From NCBI GenBank assembly GCA_051294375.1, contig CM119269.1:23392554-23456553 (forward strand): a stretch of 64,000 bases of DNA, in the 5' to 3' direction. How positions within the stretch are numbered: position 1 is the first letter of the stretch; each line of letters starts with the position of its first letter. This document shows, in pieces, positions 1 to 15,007 of the stretch. The position numbers and the translations under genes were made by a program. The notes below the pieces were generated by a model. The model did no database searches. It had not been told where the DNA came from and saw only the letters and a program-made list of their open reading frames with translations. The stretch comes from Paraspadella gotoi (taxonomy: Eukaryota; Animalia; Chaetognatha).

Positions 1-1829
1 TGCATTGTAGTGGATGTGGGAGTGAATTTCGGATCGAGGTGGGAGAGAGAGAACAACTTGGGTGGCGGGGGCGGGGTTTTCTGCAAAAAGAAGAGATATT
101 AACTGCACTATGGGTGCAAATTTAAAAGACTGATGTTCGACTTGAAATTGATCTTCTTAAAGTTTTTTGCTCTCTGAAGGTTCTGTTAGTTAAGAAGCAG
201 TGAGACTACTGACCCTTCTTTTAATAAATCTGTGAGTGTCTATTGTTAACGTTAGGAGAAACTAAGAGAATAACATTAAGATTTTAAAGGAACTTAGATC
301 GTTTCACAACACGTGAATCGGTTTAGGAGTCGGGTAGGAGGAGGAGTGAGTTGATGTGATGGAGTGAGTAGGAGAAGATCCTAGAGGTTGTCAAAAGTGG
401 ATGGCTTAATGTGTTGTTTGGTTATGTACGTTGTTGGGTTTGTTAAAGCAGATATTGAGCTGTGGGTGTGACTTGAGTGGGGTGTGTGTGGTGGGTGGGT
501 TGGTGGTGTAGAGGGAAGTCAGTGATTGTTAGTGTTTAGAAAGGGGTCAGGTGGGTGTGGCTCGTGTGCCTCGAACTCGTTTTATCTGGGAGACAGGAGC
601 CTGCTTCAGATGAGAACTTGGTATAGAAGATCGAAGGGTGTTCACAGGTGCCGGAGCAGGATCTTTTAGGATGTGGTTGCACATGCTGAGGTCGGTTATA
701 TCGGGTTCTTTTTTTTTTTGCAGAAACGCGTGGCGCTCGGTGGTGGAGTTGTGCGCCGCGGGCAGGCACTAGTGTGATTCTCGTGGTGCTCCGACGCTGG
801 AAATTGGGCACGAAAGTTGAGCTGAAACCAATTTTCTTGTTTCAGTGTGGAAAGAGTTAGATTTTTATAATATCTTTAATTCGGTGTTAACCGAACATTA
901 TTGTTTTTGGGTTCTGTTTTTTGAGGAAAGAAAACGAGGGAATAGAGTGACGTGTTGGGAGTGGGTGGGCTTTGTTGGGTTGTTTTGACGGGTTTGCGTT
1001 GGTAATTCCGTTTCTTTTCGCAGGGGGAGTCTGAAGGCGGCTGCGCTGCGTGGCGCCAAGTTCTTAGGGGGGAACGGGGGTGTGGTGTGGGGTGGGGTTG
1101 GGGGGTTGGGTGTTCGGTGGTAGGCGGGGGGGTGTGGTCGGGGGGAGGGGGGTGGGTGGGGAGAGGTGCTTTTGTTGGTACGTGGGTCGGGTGACGGCTC
1201 TCAGTGCGCGGCCGCTTCGGCCAGCTCCTGGCGGACGGTTGCTGACTGGTTTCCTGTCTGGCTGAATTTTTTCAAAATGCTGAGTTTTCATGCGGCGCTA
1301 CGAGGGATGTCACTTGAGGTGGGTATCTGGAGTGCCGTCTGCTCTCTCGGGTGGCGTGTGTTTCTGTTGGGGTTGGGGGGGGTAGGGGGGTGGGGGGTTT
1401 CGGGTGGTGTCACTCGGGGGGGTGGTTGTGTAGTTTGTGGGTCGATTGGGGTTGGGGGGGTTGTTTTCGGGTTGGTGGGTGGGTGCTGGCGGTGTGTGTG
1501 CGGTGGTTGCTTTGGGGGGGGGGGGGTGTGGTAGTCGGGTGAACTGGCGTGCGGTGGTGTGTGGAGGGGGAGGTTTTGTGGGAGGAGTCGTCGGGGTGTT
1601 GGTGCCGGGGACGATTCGTTAGTGTCTTGCTCCTGGGGGGCGGGGCTGTTGTGTGAGGTCGTTCTCTGGTGGATTTCTGTGGGTGCGGGTGGGTGTTTCG
1701 GTTATTCGTCCTCTCCGTGGCCGCTCAGGTCCGTTCTCTCCTCTCATTTCTCTCTGCTCTCTGCTCTTCTCGGTGCAAAGTCAGCAGGTGGCTCTTCTCT
1801 CTACTCTCGTCTTAACTATTTCACCTACG

Positions 1830-4800
1830 GGGTTTTTTCTCCTTCGTATCAGTTAGCGGATGATTCATGAGAGAAACTCGTTGCTTGCTTTTCCAAATTT
1901 GCTAGGTCGGCGTGCGCGTTTTAGATAAGCACGAAACCTATTTTTTTAAAAAACGTGGATTTAAAAATGCATTGTTTTCGGTTAGTTTACTAAATAAGGC
2001 GAGCCTAAAGATTTCAGGTGTATTTGAAACAAATTTCATTCTTTTTATTTTTGCTAACACAGCAAACTGAAATGAATAAGAATTCGAATTACTATCTTTG
2101 TTATAGGATTACAATGCATACATTTTTATAAATAAAAAGAAAATATAGAATCACATCCTTCGTATAATTAATAAAATTATTTCAGTTTGATCTACAGATC
2201 GTTTGGGAGGAGAACTTATTGTTTAAAGGAAAATGTTTATAAGCTAAGTAACGTTATATATAATGTAAATACACAAAGATCTCAAGCAGAAGCGAGTTAT
2301 ACTGTCATCTAAGGGAATTTTATTTCAGTGAACTTCAGAAGTTATACTATCATTACAAATCGAATAAACAAAAGTTATTTTATATGTTGAAACTTAAGAA
2401 GCTAAACAACTAATTAACAGCGGACACAGATAATAAAAGTCGATTCTACAATCATGATTATCATTAGAGAAGATATGATTGTCTGATACCAAAGTGTAAG
2501 TATTATGAGATCAGTCGACTATAGGTTGGCGAGTCGTTAGGAACTTTTCTTTATTAGAATTTGTTTGCACTTGCAAGATATACGCCTGAAGATTTTTTTT
2601 TTACAAATAATTGATATGTAATTTAATGAGATGAAAGTTGGTATTGATGGTTGATTAATGAACCAAATAACAGAAAGAAAATATTTTACGATTGGTAACT
2701 GATAATGTAAGTAGTAGGTGTTTGCTAACCTTGCTCAGAGAATAAATTATATTTTTTTATTTTTACCCGTATGTCGGCATACAGGACCGGGGCAATATTT
2801 TTTTAGTTAATCTATTAAAAGTAGTTATAATAAGTAAAGGAATATGTGTACGAAGTATAGTAATTATAGTTAGACTTGTGTCTTTTGAATATACCTGCCT
2901 TGTTGTTAAGAGTAATGTGGATGATTATATATGATGGTGCTGAAGATCTGTGCTATTATCGATTTTGTGTTTTTTTGTTGTTTGTGATTTTTCGTTGTGA
3001 AATTAATGGTGCTCGTATATATAAATGTAAATGGTTGTATATATTGAGATAACTCGTAAGGTAACTGAACTCAATCTTTGTAATTTATAAATAGCACAAT
3101 AACTACATATACAATGACAGACCACGCGTAGTGTATTGCAGGTACAAGTATTTGTTGTACGGAAGTGTTGTAAGAGGTCAAGCATGAAATGATGAGGGCA
3201 GAGCGTACGGTTCATTAATAATTTTGAAGTATAAATATATCATTATTTTTTTGTGTTTAAGAATGAAGAAAATGAACAATTTTGCTATGAAGTCAGCCAG
3301 TGACCTTTCCAAAGTAAATGTAAAAGCGTGAATATGATGAAGTACGCCGAAATAAATCGCTAATGCTAGAGGAAAGAAGAATCAGTGAGGATTGAAGAAA
3401 GGCTATTTGAATTGGGATGTTGAGCCGAGTACGGGCATTTGAGAAATAATAAGGTAAATAGTAAGATTAACAGAAAAATATTAAATAATTTAGAAAATAT
3501 AAATATTGCATAAAGAGGCCAATAACAATAGAAGATAGATCGTGAACCGGGTGTATGGTGTTACTTGTAATGAGGTGAATATTTTACCGCAAGATGTAGT
3601 AAACAATTATTTTGACTCGTGGCAGGGGACACCTGGTTGTTGTCTGTCGCAAGTATGCAAATAAGATTTTTTGCTCTGTAATTTTAATTTATGTGTTGCA
3701 CAGTTTCGAGAATTAAAACCTATGAGATAGAAAAAGTATGCTATGTTCTTTTCTTGTAGAGTGAGTGATTATGAGGCTTAAACCATAAGCTGTCCCAAAG
3801 TCCAGGTGGGCAGAATAGCTTATTTATTAAGTGGAATGTATATATTTTTATTGGTTGTACCGAATTTCATAAAGCAGGACCGGTGAACATAGCGTGTCCA
3901 AGAGCAGTGAGATTGCAGACGCGGCCGGATCCGGGAGGCGGAGGTGAAAAGCGGTCCGGAGGCGCATTGTTTTTTGAGGTGGCTGAAGCTTGGGCTAAGA
4001 GTAAAAATTGGGGGCAGGGAGGCTGAGAATGGGAAGGCCGGTAAGAAAAGGACTGTGTGGCGCGTTCTCGCCTCTTGCTTGTGCTTTTTGTTGGTTTTGT
4101 TATACGGCAAAAATGCAAAGGTTTGTTCCTCAAGATTAAAATGCCTTTTATTGTTCCCAAGAATTGTTGCTCTATTTTTGTTCTAAATTTAGGATATTGC
4201 TAAATTCTGAAGGCGTTTATGACAGCTGCCATTGGTTTTATATTATAATATTTTTTTTAATTCAAAAAGAAAAATATTTCTAGTTCTGTTTAAATTATTT
4301 TCTAAATAAGTTGTACATAAGCATACTATTTTATATTTTTTTTTTTTAATACATTCCATTCACTCAATTTATTCCTTTTTTATTTTAAAACAAAAGATAA
4401 TTAATTAGTTAATTTATTCCATGAATAATATTAATTAAATCATTTAATTCATAATCTTATTCTATTCTATTTATTTATTAACTTTTATTCATTTTATTAA
4501 ATCAAATAATTTTTTATCTTGCATCATTATTTTAAACTTGTACTTTTTTTATTTGCATTATTATTTTAACTGGCATCATTTTTTCAAGCCTGGCATTCTT
4601 TTTTTAACATGCAATTATTTTTTATTTATATTATTAAACTTGAATCATTTTAATTTGCATTATTTTTTTAAACCTGTATATGTTTTTGAAGTTGCAATTT
4701 TTTGTTTTTTTAATTTGTAATATATTTTCAATTTGCATTCATTTTTTTTATTTTTGAATCATGTTTCTATCTTGATCATTTTTTTAACTTGTATATCATT

Positions 4801-7800
4801 TTTTAAACTAGCTTCATTTTTAAACTTGCATATTTTTTTTAAATTTGTATCATTTTTTTAAGCTTGCATTATTTTTTAATTCAATTATATTTTTTAATTC
4901 GGCATTATTTTTTTAATTTTCATTATTTTTAAAACTTGCAATCATTTTTTTAAACTTTTTCCATCATTTATTCAATTTGTAATATTTTTTATTTGTATTG
5001 TTTTTTAACCATTGCATCATTTTTTAAATATTGCATCTTTGTTTTTAGGCTTGGCCTCATGTTTTTTTAACTTGCCTCATTTTTTTTTTATAACGATTGC
5101 CTCATATTTTTAACTTTGTATTATTTTTTTATTTTTTAGTATTTTTTTAATTTTATATTACCTTTTAACTTATACAGTTTTAATAGTTTTTATATTAATT
5201 TATTATATTATCAGTTTTATTTTTAGTAAAAACAATTCCTAAAATTGGTACAGATACGAATATAAACAATTATACATTTCAGGATTAATAAATAGATTAT
5301 CTTGCTCCCTGACTTTGGTATTTTAATTCTTATAAACCAAATAGTATTGATAGGGTAGGTAGTTTATATGAGGATATAATAGACTATAAAGCAAGATAAT
5401 ATAGAAAGGCGGTAACAGACTGTTATGGAAAACACTAGAAAAACAAGACTCGTGATTGTCAAAAGTGTAATGTGTGGAGAGGTTAGTGGTATTGCTAGAA
5501 GTTGGATCGCTGTGAAGGTAATAATAGTAGAGGTGCTCCAAGGTGGGTCAAGGTAGAAGGGTTGAGAGAGAGTGGGAGATGCGTGTGGGATCGGGAGGGA
5601 GAGATGCTGCGCTGCAGGTGAGATGGGGGTTGGTGTGGATCAGATGAGTGGCAAGAGAAGGAGAAGCAAGACAGAGGGAGAGGAGAGAAGAGGATCAGCC
5701 AGATAAGAGAGTACCTGAGAGATGGAGAGAGAGAGGAGAAGCGAAAGGGAGATGGAGAGGTATAGAGGAGATAGGAAATAATAAGAGTAGGAAGAGGAAA
5801 GTAGAGAAGAAAGGTAGAGAGGAAAGGAAGAGGTTGGCTGAAGAAGAAGGTGTCATAAAGAAATAGGCGATGGCGATTAAGAAGAAAAGAAAAGTGGAGA
5901 AGGTGAGGATGAGTAGGGTTATTTTTGTAATGAAAATTGAGATTAGAAGTTATTAGTGTGAAAGAGCAGGAAGATGGTGAATATGATGCTGTGGTTCTGA
6001 ATGTTGTGTGGTTGTTTAGTATATGGCTTTTGTTTTTATAGATTGGTTGATTGGTTAGGGCGGATTTTGTGTTGAGAAGTCGTGGGCATGGATTTTGTGT
6101 ATGTGTCTATTGGGTAGGGTGGGGGTGGATTGCGCCTGAAAACATAAGAATGAATTTAGTGTAAATTAGAAGAATGAAGGGCTACTGAGGGAGGATGGGA
6201 GAGGAGTAAGGTGGGAGCAGATGAGAGGTAAGGGGAAGAGCAGGAAAAGTGAGACAGAGCGAATCCGGCTGGTGAGCTGATGAATGGACTGTGGACAGAT
6301 ATGATAGTTAAGTATAGTTGTAAAGATTTAGTATTTGAATATGTATTTGAGGATTGATGCAGTGCCACCTAAAAGTCGTAGTCGTTATGGAGTGGAATGT
6401 GATATTGTATTGTATGGAGAATTTTGTATGTTGGTTACTTTGTATGAATGGAGGTGTGGTGTATTGTGGTGCTGGTAAATTTACTTTATTGATGTAATGT
6501 TATTTTTTATTCTGTTGCTTTTGTGGGTAGGCGAGGGAAATAAGAGGGTATTTGTTTAGTGTGGTGCGAGGTGTGAGGCTCTTTTGAGTTTGATTGTGGC
6601 TTATAGGTGGGGTTCAAAGCGTATGCGATCGCCACTCGTGGTTCCTCGGATCGGGACGTGTGTGTCTGTGGGTTGGGGGGCGTTATTTGTCACTAGTCGA
6701 TTCCGGGATCTTATTCCAGAGATCAGCTAGTAATGCCTGATGTATTGTTGCGTTGATTAAAGAGTGAAAGAAAGAGTTTTATGATCATATAAAGAAGCTC
6801 CATCGAGCTGAAATTACAGATATAGTAATAATATAAGAGTTGTCGTTTTTTGTAAGAAGAAGGATGAGTGGGAAAAGAGACAGAGGCAAGAGAGAAAAAA
6901 GAAAAGAGAGTGAGAGGAAAGGTCTTCCAACGAAGCCGTATTATTTTTTGTTTATGTTATTTGGTTGAAAAATTGGAAATTAAGGTGTTATTTTTAACAC
7001 TCTCTTAAGACAATAGTAGTTATGTGTAGCATATTCTTACGTTTTTGTAGTTCAATAGTAGAAGATGATATAAGTTTTCTCAATAATATAACTTACCAAC
7101 TGGATTGTTCAGGCGACCCGCATTTGTTATCCAGATAAATTTTAGTTATTTTTATTATGGACGTTGAAAACTAAATATTTCTAGATTAAAGCTTTCTTTT
7201 AGTAGATAATGATTTTATATAGGAGAAAGTTAATATGTGAAAAAGAATGACGAAGGTCGTTGAATTTATTTTACTATGTCCGGATGTATTTGTTGGTAAT
7301 AGATAAATTATAAAAAAAAATGTGATTTATTAGATAAGTTTTGATCATAGTTTTTCCAAGTTAGAAGAAGAAAACTTGGCTTGAATCATAATTTTTTGAC
7401 TTCACTATCGATGTAGTGAAAAACATATTTTTTGAATTTTTTTGAGATTTCAAAATCGAGTTATTTAAGGTTTTTCTTTGTGTGGGTGTTGTTGCTGATG
7501 GGGAGGTAAGACGGTTTTTGTAAGTAGACGAAGATATTAGGAGGAGGTATTCAGCAGAAATTTTTGCCCCATTTATCGCATTTATGTTGTCTCGGGTGAG
7601 ATATTCACCTTTTGATAAATAAAAGTTGCTTACTACGTAAACGAATTATATATACTATGGTTTTTATATATATTAAAATAGTATCTCGTAGTACGATGTT
7701 GTTTTATTCTTAACTTTTCTTAAGGATTCTTATGTTATAGAATGTTAAATATAAAATTTTACTCCTATTTTATTTTAAGGCACGAGGAAGTTTAGAGGAG

Positions 7801-10700
7801 TGAATACCAAGAAATGAATATGAAGTCATATAAGTATAGAATCGTTTGTCTTATTGCGTCTAGCTGTTCCCGTTATTGTCCTAGCTAGGATAGTTCTGGT
7901 TGGTCTCCTGAATGATTGGTTGTGTGTTTTGAGCTTTATGCCGCTTTTGGGTCTTCGTGTGTCGTTAGTATTGTGTGTTGGTTTTGCCTCCGGGTGTTCC
8001 GGATTGCTTAGTCTTCTCTCGGTGTCGCTCTTTCTTCTTTTGCGCGGCGGCCGCGGTTGCGTGCCCGTTCAGCTCCCGTCGCTCTCCCGAGTCGCAGGCG
8101 GTTATTTCTCGTCTCTTCTCTGTCCTCGCTCAAGAGATTCGTCTTTTGGCATAGGAATAGTTGTTCTTATAAATATTTGTTCGGTTTCAGTGACCCGAAT
8201 TGATGCTGATAGTTAAAGAGAAGTAGGATATCAGGTACAATACTTATAAAGGAAAAAATTGTTTGAACAAGGAAGCGCGAGGCGTTAAGTAGGGCGACGA
8301 GGGGAGGCGATACCGGCTAAAAAAAGTGATGAGTGTGAGATCGCAGCAGCGACCGCGAGGCGGAGGCGGGGGGGTTCTTCGGCGAGGCGTGGGCTAGGCG
8401 TGAGGAGTCGGGGATAATTTAGCGGCGTCCCAGTCTTATGTCCAGCATTGGTGTCCCAAAGGGGTCATGACATTGAAAATGGTTGTACCCTACAGTAATC
8501 AAGGTAACCCTCCACAAATCTTAATTTTTTAAGCCAGAAATGCGTAGATTATTTAATTTGTGTAAATGCTCCGAGAATAGAATGGAATTGGGGTGTTTCG
8601 AAGGATTAGGGCGAAACAACGCGTCCGTTGGCGTGGCAGCTAGAGTCGCCCGCCTCCTTCGCGCCGCTCCATGTCCATGTCCCGGCCCAGTAGGCCCGCT
8701 CTACGACCCTGCCTTCGTCTGGTTTCGGATGTCCCTATACAGCCGCCAAACCGATTGGACAGACGAATCCGAAACCAGATGCAGATCCGTCACCTGTAGA
8801 ATCGCGACGACGTCTGCCAGGCCCGACAAATGATATGGAGCCGATCGCGCCCGGAGGAGTAATTTTACGCCAGAGATGGAGGACAGGAATTCGAGGAGTC
8901 GTGAGAGAGAACAGAGAGGAGAGGTGGAGAGAGGGGAGAGAGAGGGAGAGGAGTGCGAGGGGGGGAGGGGAGAGGGAGAAAGGAGGAGGGTGAGGAAGGA
9001 GAAGAGAGAGGGGAGGGGGTTGGAGAAGCGAAAGAGCGTGAGAGAATGGAAAGTAAGATAATGAGAGAAGAAGAGAAGAGAGTGAGTGTAGAGAGAGGAG
9101 AGAGAAGAGAAGAGAAGAAAGATAGTGGATCAAAAGGAATAGCCAAAATGCGTCTAATTGGGAGAGAGAGAGAAAGAAGATAGAGAGAGGGGGAAAAGAG
9201 CGAGAGAGAGAGGAAGAGGAAACCGGATTTTCCAGAGTGGGTTCAAAGAATAGTAAGTGAGAGAGAAGGAGGAATTGATAATGACAGAGAGAGAGAGACG
9301 AAGAGAGACATTTGAGAGAGAGAGGAAATCCGTAAATTTTTATTTTTAACTCTCAGTGGTGGCAATCATTTATTTAATTGAGTACGGAATGTCGGAGAAT
9401 CGATTTCTTATTTGTGCTTATGGAAGCTAAAAGTAGTCAGGGTTTTAGCTCTAAGAAAGGTTCCTATTGGTTTTTAATCTTAATTCTCTTATATTAACCA
9501 AGGCTTGGGCCCAATCCCCTTCGTGGAGCCATAGAACGAACTTCTTCCTGGCGTGATTGGTTCTCCGCGCTCAGCTGTTTCCTGGTGTGCCTCGCAGTTG
9601 TGATTGATTGTTACGTTGGGTGGGTCCGAGATGCTTGAGGGTGCGCGTGAAGATGGCAGAGTGCAAAGGCACGAACCGAAGTGTGTGGTGACCGTTTTTC
9701 GAGGATGTGTTTTTGCCTTGGTAAAGGTGGAAAGAATGTTGGGTCTGATGTTGAAGTTAGCTGGTGCGACTCCCTGCGACGACTGTCCTTCCGCGACCCC
9801 CACGGACAGAGCCAGGCATTGTGTGTGTGTTAAGGTTTCGTCCTGGCCCACTTGTACGTATTGGGGTACTGTGTCTACGTAGGGTCTTTTTGGTGTTGTT
9901 GAATAGTGGTGAGAATGGTGAGTTTGGTTGGGATCGATCGATTGATTGGTTGGATTTTATTGGTTGGATTTATCTCTCTTCCCTTTTCCCCCCAAAAAGT
10001 CCCGCCTTTAAAATGATCATGGATTGATTGGTTGGATTGAATGGTTGGATTTATCTCGCTTCCATTTTCCCCCCAAAAAGTCCTGCCTTAAAATGATCGA
10101 TTGATATGATTGGTTGGATTGATTGGTTGGATTTATATCTCCCATTTCCCGCAAAAGAGTCCCGCCTTAAAATGATCGATTGATTGATTGATTGTTGGAT
10201 TGATTAGTTGGATTTATCTCCTTCCCATTTTCCCCCAAAAGTCCCGCCTTAAAATTATCGATTGGATTGATTGGTTGGATTGATTGGTTGGATATAATCC
10301 ATCCCCTTCCCATTTCTCCCCAAAAAGTCCCGCCTTAAAATGATCGATCGATTGATTGGTTGGATTGATATTGGTTGGATTGATGGTGGATAGGATTTTA
10401 TCTCCCTTCCCATTTTTCCCCCACAAAGTCCCGGCTAAAAATGCCGATCCGTGGCGGACGTGACGAAGACGACGCCGAGACGAATTCCTTCGGGCGCATC
10501 TCGACGAGCCTCTGGACTAAGAATGACGCAGCCGTTCCGCGTCGACAGCACCGTCGTATCGGAGCGCGCCGGATTTCTACACTTGCGCCTTCAATACTGG
10601 GTCGAAAATGGAAATTTTTAGAATCGAAAATAAAGAGACGTATTTTTCTCTTCTGCTCAAAGAAGTAGACGCTTCCCTCATAACTTGAGCGGAAGTATTT
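1830..10700 (+). pseudogene. Very noisy direct copy of the anoctamin 5' region (upstream flank to exon 4), raw long-read quality
   Basis: Collinear with 23980-27170: 1860 tgattcatgagaga, 8582 atggaattggggtg = exon 1, 10441 MPIR...[11 protein letters not shown] = exon 4. Heavily insertion-biased errors; ends at a 25-N gap. Confidence 0.75.
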
Positions 10701-11306
10701 GCAAGAACGCGGAATTAGCTGCATTTGTGTTATAATAACNNNNNNNNNNNNNNNNNNNNNNNNNGGACCCGAATAGAGAGGTTTCTTATTTTATCGTAAA
10801 AACAATTATTATGAAAAATTCTACGAAGACCCGTAAAAACGGTTTTTCCTAGCCTGGTTCCAAGCCCAACCCGTTCTTTGGCGCTGAGGACTTAAAAAAA
10901 GGATTTACGGACAGTCATCTTCAGCCCGTCTAGCGCCTATATACAAATTAAGTTAATTAATTCGCAACAAATTAAGTAATTAATTCGCAACAAATTAAGT
11001 AAGAATTCGCAACAAATTAAGTAATTAATTCGCAACAAATTAAGTAATTAATTCCGCAACAAATAAGTAATTAATTCGCAACAAATTAAGTAATTAATTC
11101 GCAACAAATTAAGTAATTAAATTCGCAACAAATTAAGTAATTAATTCGCAACCTGGCAAGTGAATTATTAGCGTCAACGAATTTCAATTATGTTTGTTGA
11201 TTCAAAGCAAAAACTGGAGCCAAAGGAAAAGCAGTGACGAATAGAGTTGAACAAAGCCAAACTGAATAAAATGAGAGAGAGAGAGAGAGAGGAGAGGGTG
11301 GAGAGA

Positions 11307-11338
<32 letters not shown>

Positions 11339-12572
11339 CGAGAGAGAGAGAGAGAGAGCGAGAGAGCGAGAAAAGGAGAGAGACATAAGAAGGGCGGGAA
11401 ATGATATTAGAATGAATTAATGATTCGGAATTAATAAATAATTGATAAAAGCGTTTTACCTGTATGCACCATCTCAAGATATTCATTAAAAAAGACCCAA
11501 AGTTCCGATGCAAAGTTAAAAATGATAATCGTTTTCCCATGAGGACGTTTACCGATGCTTTTTTAATTCTGTAAGTTAGTTTTAAATACAATCGAATTAG
11601 TAAAAAGGTCATTACATCTGACTATTATTGTAGTGGACTTTTGTTCATAGTGGTAACATTGATAAAAACATTTATTATTTATTTATTGATAGAGTGATAT
11701 CCATCCATCCTTTTCATCTATCCATCCGTATCCATTTATATACAATACATCTATCCAATTCCTTCATTTCATTCGGATCTATCAATCTATCGATTCTATA
11801 TTCCATCCAACTATCCAGTCCATCCATCAAATTTCCAATTATTGATCCTCATTCCAATCTATCCAATCCATCGATCCATCCGATTCCATCCCAATCCAAC
11901 CCATCTATCCAATCCAATCTTAGTCCTACCGGTCTTCGTCGTCGCGTATCCAGCTACCCTATCCGTTTCTTCCTGTACAGACTCCACATTTTAGGAATGA
12001 AGAAAACTCCCTGCGACGTTAGACAATATTTGAAATTAACAGACCATAATTATAACATTTGAATGAATATTCTATCAAACAACCGGCGGCGGTCGCATTC
12101 GTCATAGCGAGCGGGCGAGTTCCTTCTGAAGCGATTCCGCTATTGTCGAAAATTTGAAGGAGGAAGAAACGACCCTGAAGTGTTGGAATGGGAAAGAGTA
12201 GAGAGGGGAGTGGTACTGGGTTAGCCATTTAAAATTAATTGATTTAAAAGAATCTCTTCTCTTTACCTTAAAATTGGTCGACGAAATCTATTCAAGTAAG
12301 CTATCATGCCCTGACTTTGTACAGGCCATGCAGGCTTGAGGTCTTCATCCATCTTCTAAGTTAATTGAAAACAAGGACCCTGCAAGCTTTCCAATCGAGA
12401 CTCTCTCCACTGTCAAACGAGACAGTGAGGAGAGTCACGCGCTAAAGAACCTGATTGCCTTATCAAAGAGAGTGGTAGGATTATTGAAGAACTCTTTCAA
12501 TCATTATAAAATTGTTATCAAATAAGGAAAAATCTTTTTCTTTTCCACTCTAACTTCTCTCTCTCTCTGTCT

Positions 12573-12635
<63 letters not shown>

Positions 12636-15007
12636 TCTCTCTCTCTCTCACTTGAAGAAAGCGATGTAGAAAATAGAGGAGTAGTGAATAATTACGATAT
12701 TGAAAGCAGAACATTGAGGGTGTAAGAATCTTCGAAATCTTTGTCCGTTTCTTCTGATTTTCTAATTCTGTTGAGTTTTACTGCTACGAAATCCGTTACA
12801 ATCGACCGAGAATATGATAATATCAAATGATTGTGGCTGAAGTACTGTGATTGACAACCTGAAGAGAAAAATATTTATTGCAACAAAGTTTCTCTTAATT
12901 TTCGTTATATTAATTTTAATAAATCTTATAGTCATTAATATTTTACATGTCCGCTAAGCATTGTGTTATTATTGATTTGGCACAAAAAATCTCTTCTCAT
13001 TTTTAATTATCACTAATGACAGAACCAGACTCCCCTCTCACCTTCTTAATTATCATGGAATTGACAGAACAGCCTCCCTCTCAACCTTTGAATTATCATT
13101 ATGACGACCAGCCACCCTTTCAACTTTGAAGTATCATTATTGACAGACCAGCCTGGCTCTCACTTTGAATTATCATTAATGACAGGACCGCACCCTCTCA
13201 ACTGTGAATTATCATATAGTGACAGACCAGCTCCCTCTTCCCTTTGAATTATCATTAATGGACAGACCAGCCACCCTCTCAACTTTAATTATCATAATGA
13301 CAACCAGCCTCCCTTCAACTTGTGGAATTAGCATTAATGACAACCAGCCTCCCTCTCACCTTTGAATTATCATTAATGACAGACCAGCCACCCTCTCAAC
13401 TGCTGGAATTATGCATTAGTGACAGAACCCAGCCTCCCTCTCACCTTTGAATTATCATTAGATGACAGACCAAGCCACCCTCTCAACTTTGAAATTTATT
13501 AAGACAAACCAAGCCTCCCTCTTCAACTGTGATTATCATTAATGACAGACCAGCCTCCTCTCACCTTTGAATTATCATTAAAGACAGACCAGCCACCTCT
13601 TCAACTTTGAATTTATCATTAATGACAGACCAGCCTTCCCTCTCACCTTTGAATTATCATATAATGACCAGACCAGACCTCCCGCCGCCATTTCCAAAAA
13701 ACGGCGCGCATAGAGACTCGATAGAAAAATGGATCCGTTATTGCGATGACGACGCAGAAAATGGGCAAACGCAAGGACCACGGTCAAACCCGGTGAAATA
13801 TCTGCAAAGACATCAGTTCTTAGGCAATTTGCAGAATGTAAAATTCAACAATCAATCATTCAAGTAATTTAATAAGGGAAAAATATCTATCAGAATATAA
13901 ATTAATAATGAAAAAATTAAATTTAAACCTCGAGTCAATATTAAATCAACTCATGAATTAAAACTTGTGTGAAGCAATTACTCAATCCAACAAACGATTT
14001 AAATTATTAAATTATTTCAATCCAATAGGATCATATGAAACAAAAGCTTATTGAACAATAATAAATGAAATACTACTTGTTCCGATTCTTATCAACAATC
14101 AATTCAATCCATCAAACAATCATATATCAATTCATTCAATTATTCTATAAATCAATCAATCAATCAATTTCACCTCGGAAACCTGGGCCATTTAGGAAAG
14201 TAAGGTCGACAAGCCCGTGATTGGGTTTTCTTCCTTGCTGTCCACATTCGCTTCGAATTCTGTCCACGGGGTGAAGACTCATCAAAATTAATCTATGAGA
14301 TCCCAGTCGAAGGCGAGAGTCGCTTGGCGTCGTTTCCCAGAATTCGAGAAATAGGATTTGGACCACATGGCCATACCTTATGGAGAAGGGATTAAACGGA
14401 CTTGGAAAAGTCCTATCCGCAACTTCTTTACCCCCGCGGAGCCAGCCAGGGACGGGTCTTGGGCTTCGGACCAGTCCTTGAGGGTTTTTTCAGGCCCCCC
14501 AAGGCGGTTTAACGGCCGTCCTCACGCTTCGCGCAAGGTTGGCACCGGCCGGGTATCGATCTCGTACCTGATGTTGGTCATGAACTAAAGGTATTACTCT
14601 AATCAGCACGGGGTGGACGATCTGAAGGGGTTCATTCTTTATAGGCGGGGGAACTTATTGCAATTTTCGCGACAACATACCGAAGCAATTACGGACTGTG
14701 ATTTCGTATCCACCAGGTAAGTGATCTTGGAAGTAGAGACAGCTTGGGTAGAAGAAGTGTTCAGGCGAGCGGATATTAGGACAGGAGACAGTTTATATTA
14801 GTATTGGACAATTTATCTTCTTTTTCTAGTGTTTATTTTGTTTTAAAATTAATTTAAAAGTAGAATAAACCTAGGCGAGAATTCTATTATTGTGAAACAA
14901 GACAATTGGAAATGATATAATAATAATGATATGATATTAATATTAAATTTAATTAATTGAATTAATTTAAAATTAAAATTGATAATTAAATGTAAATACA
15001 TAGTGAA

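Noticed and set aside
1064-1870. Gly/Val/Trp-rich ORFs and G-run (G-quadruplex-like) tracts
   Set aside because: They lie in the lowest-quality raw-read segment; the composition is probably base-calling noise.
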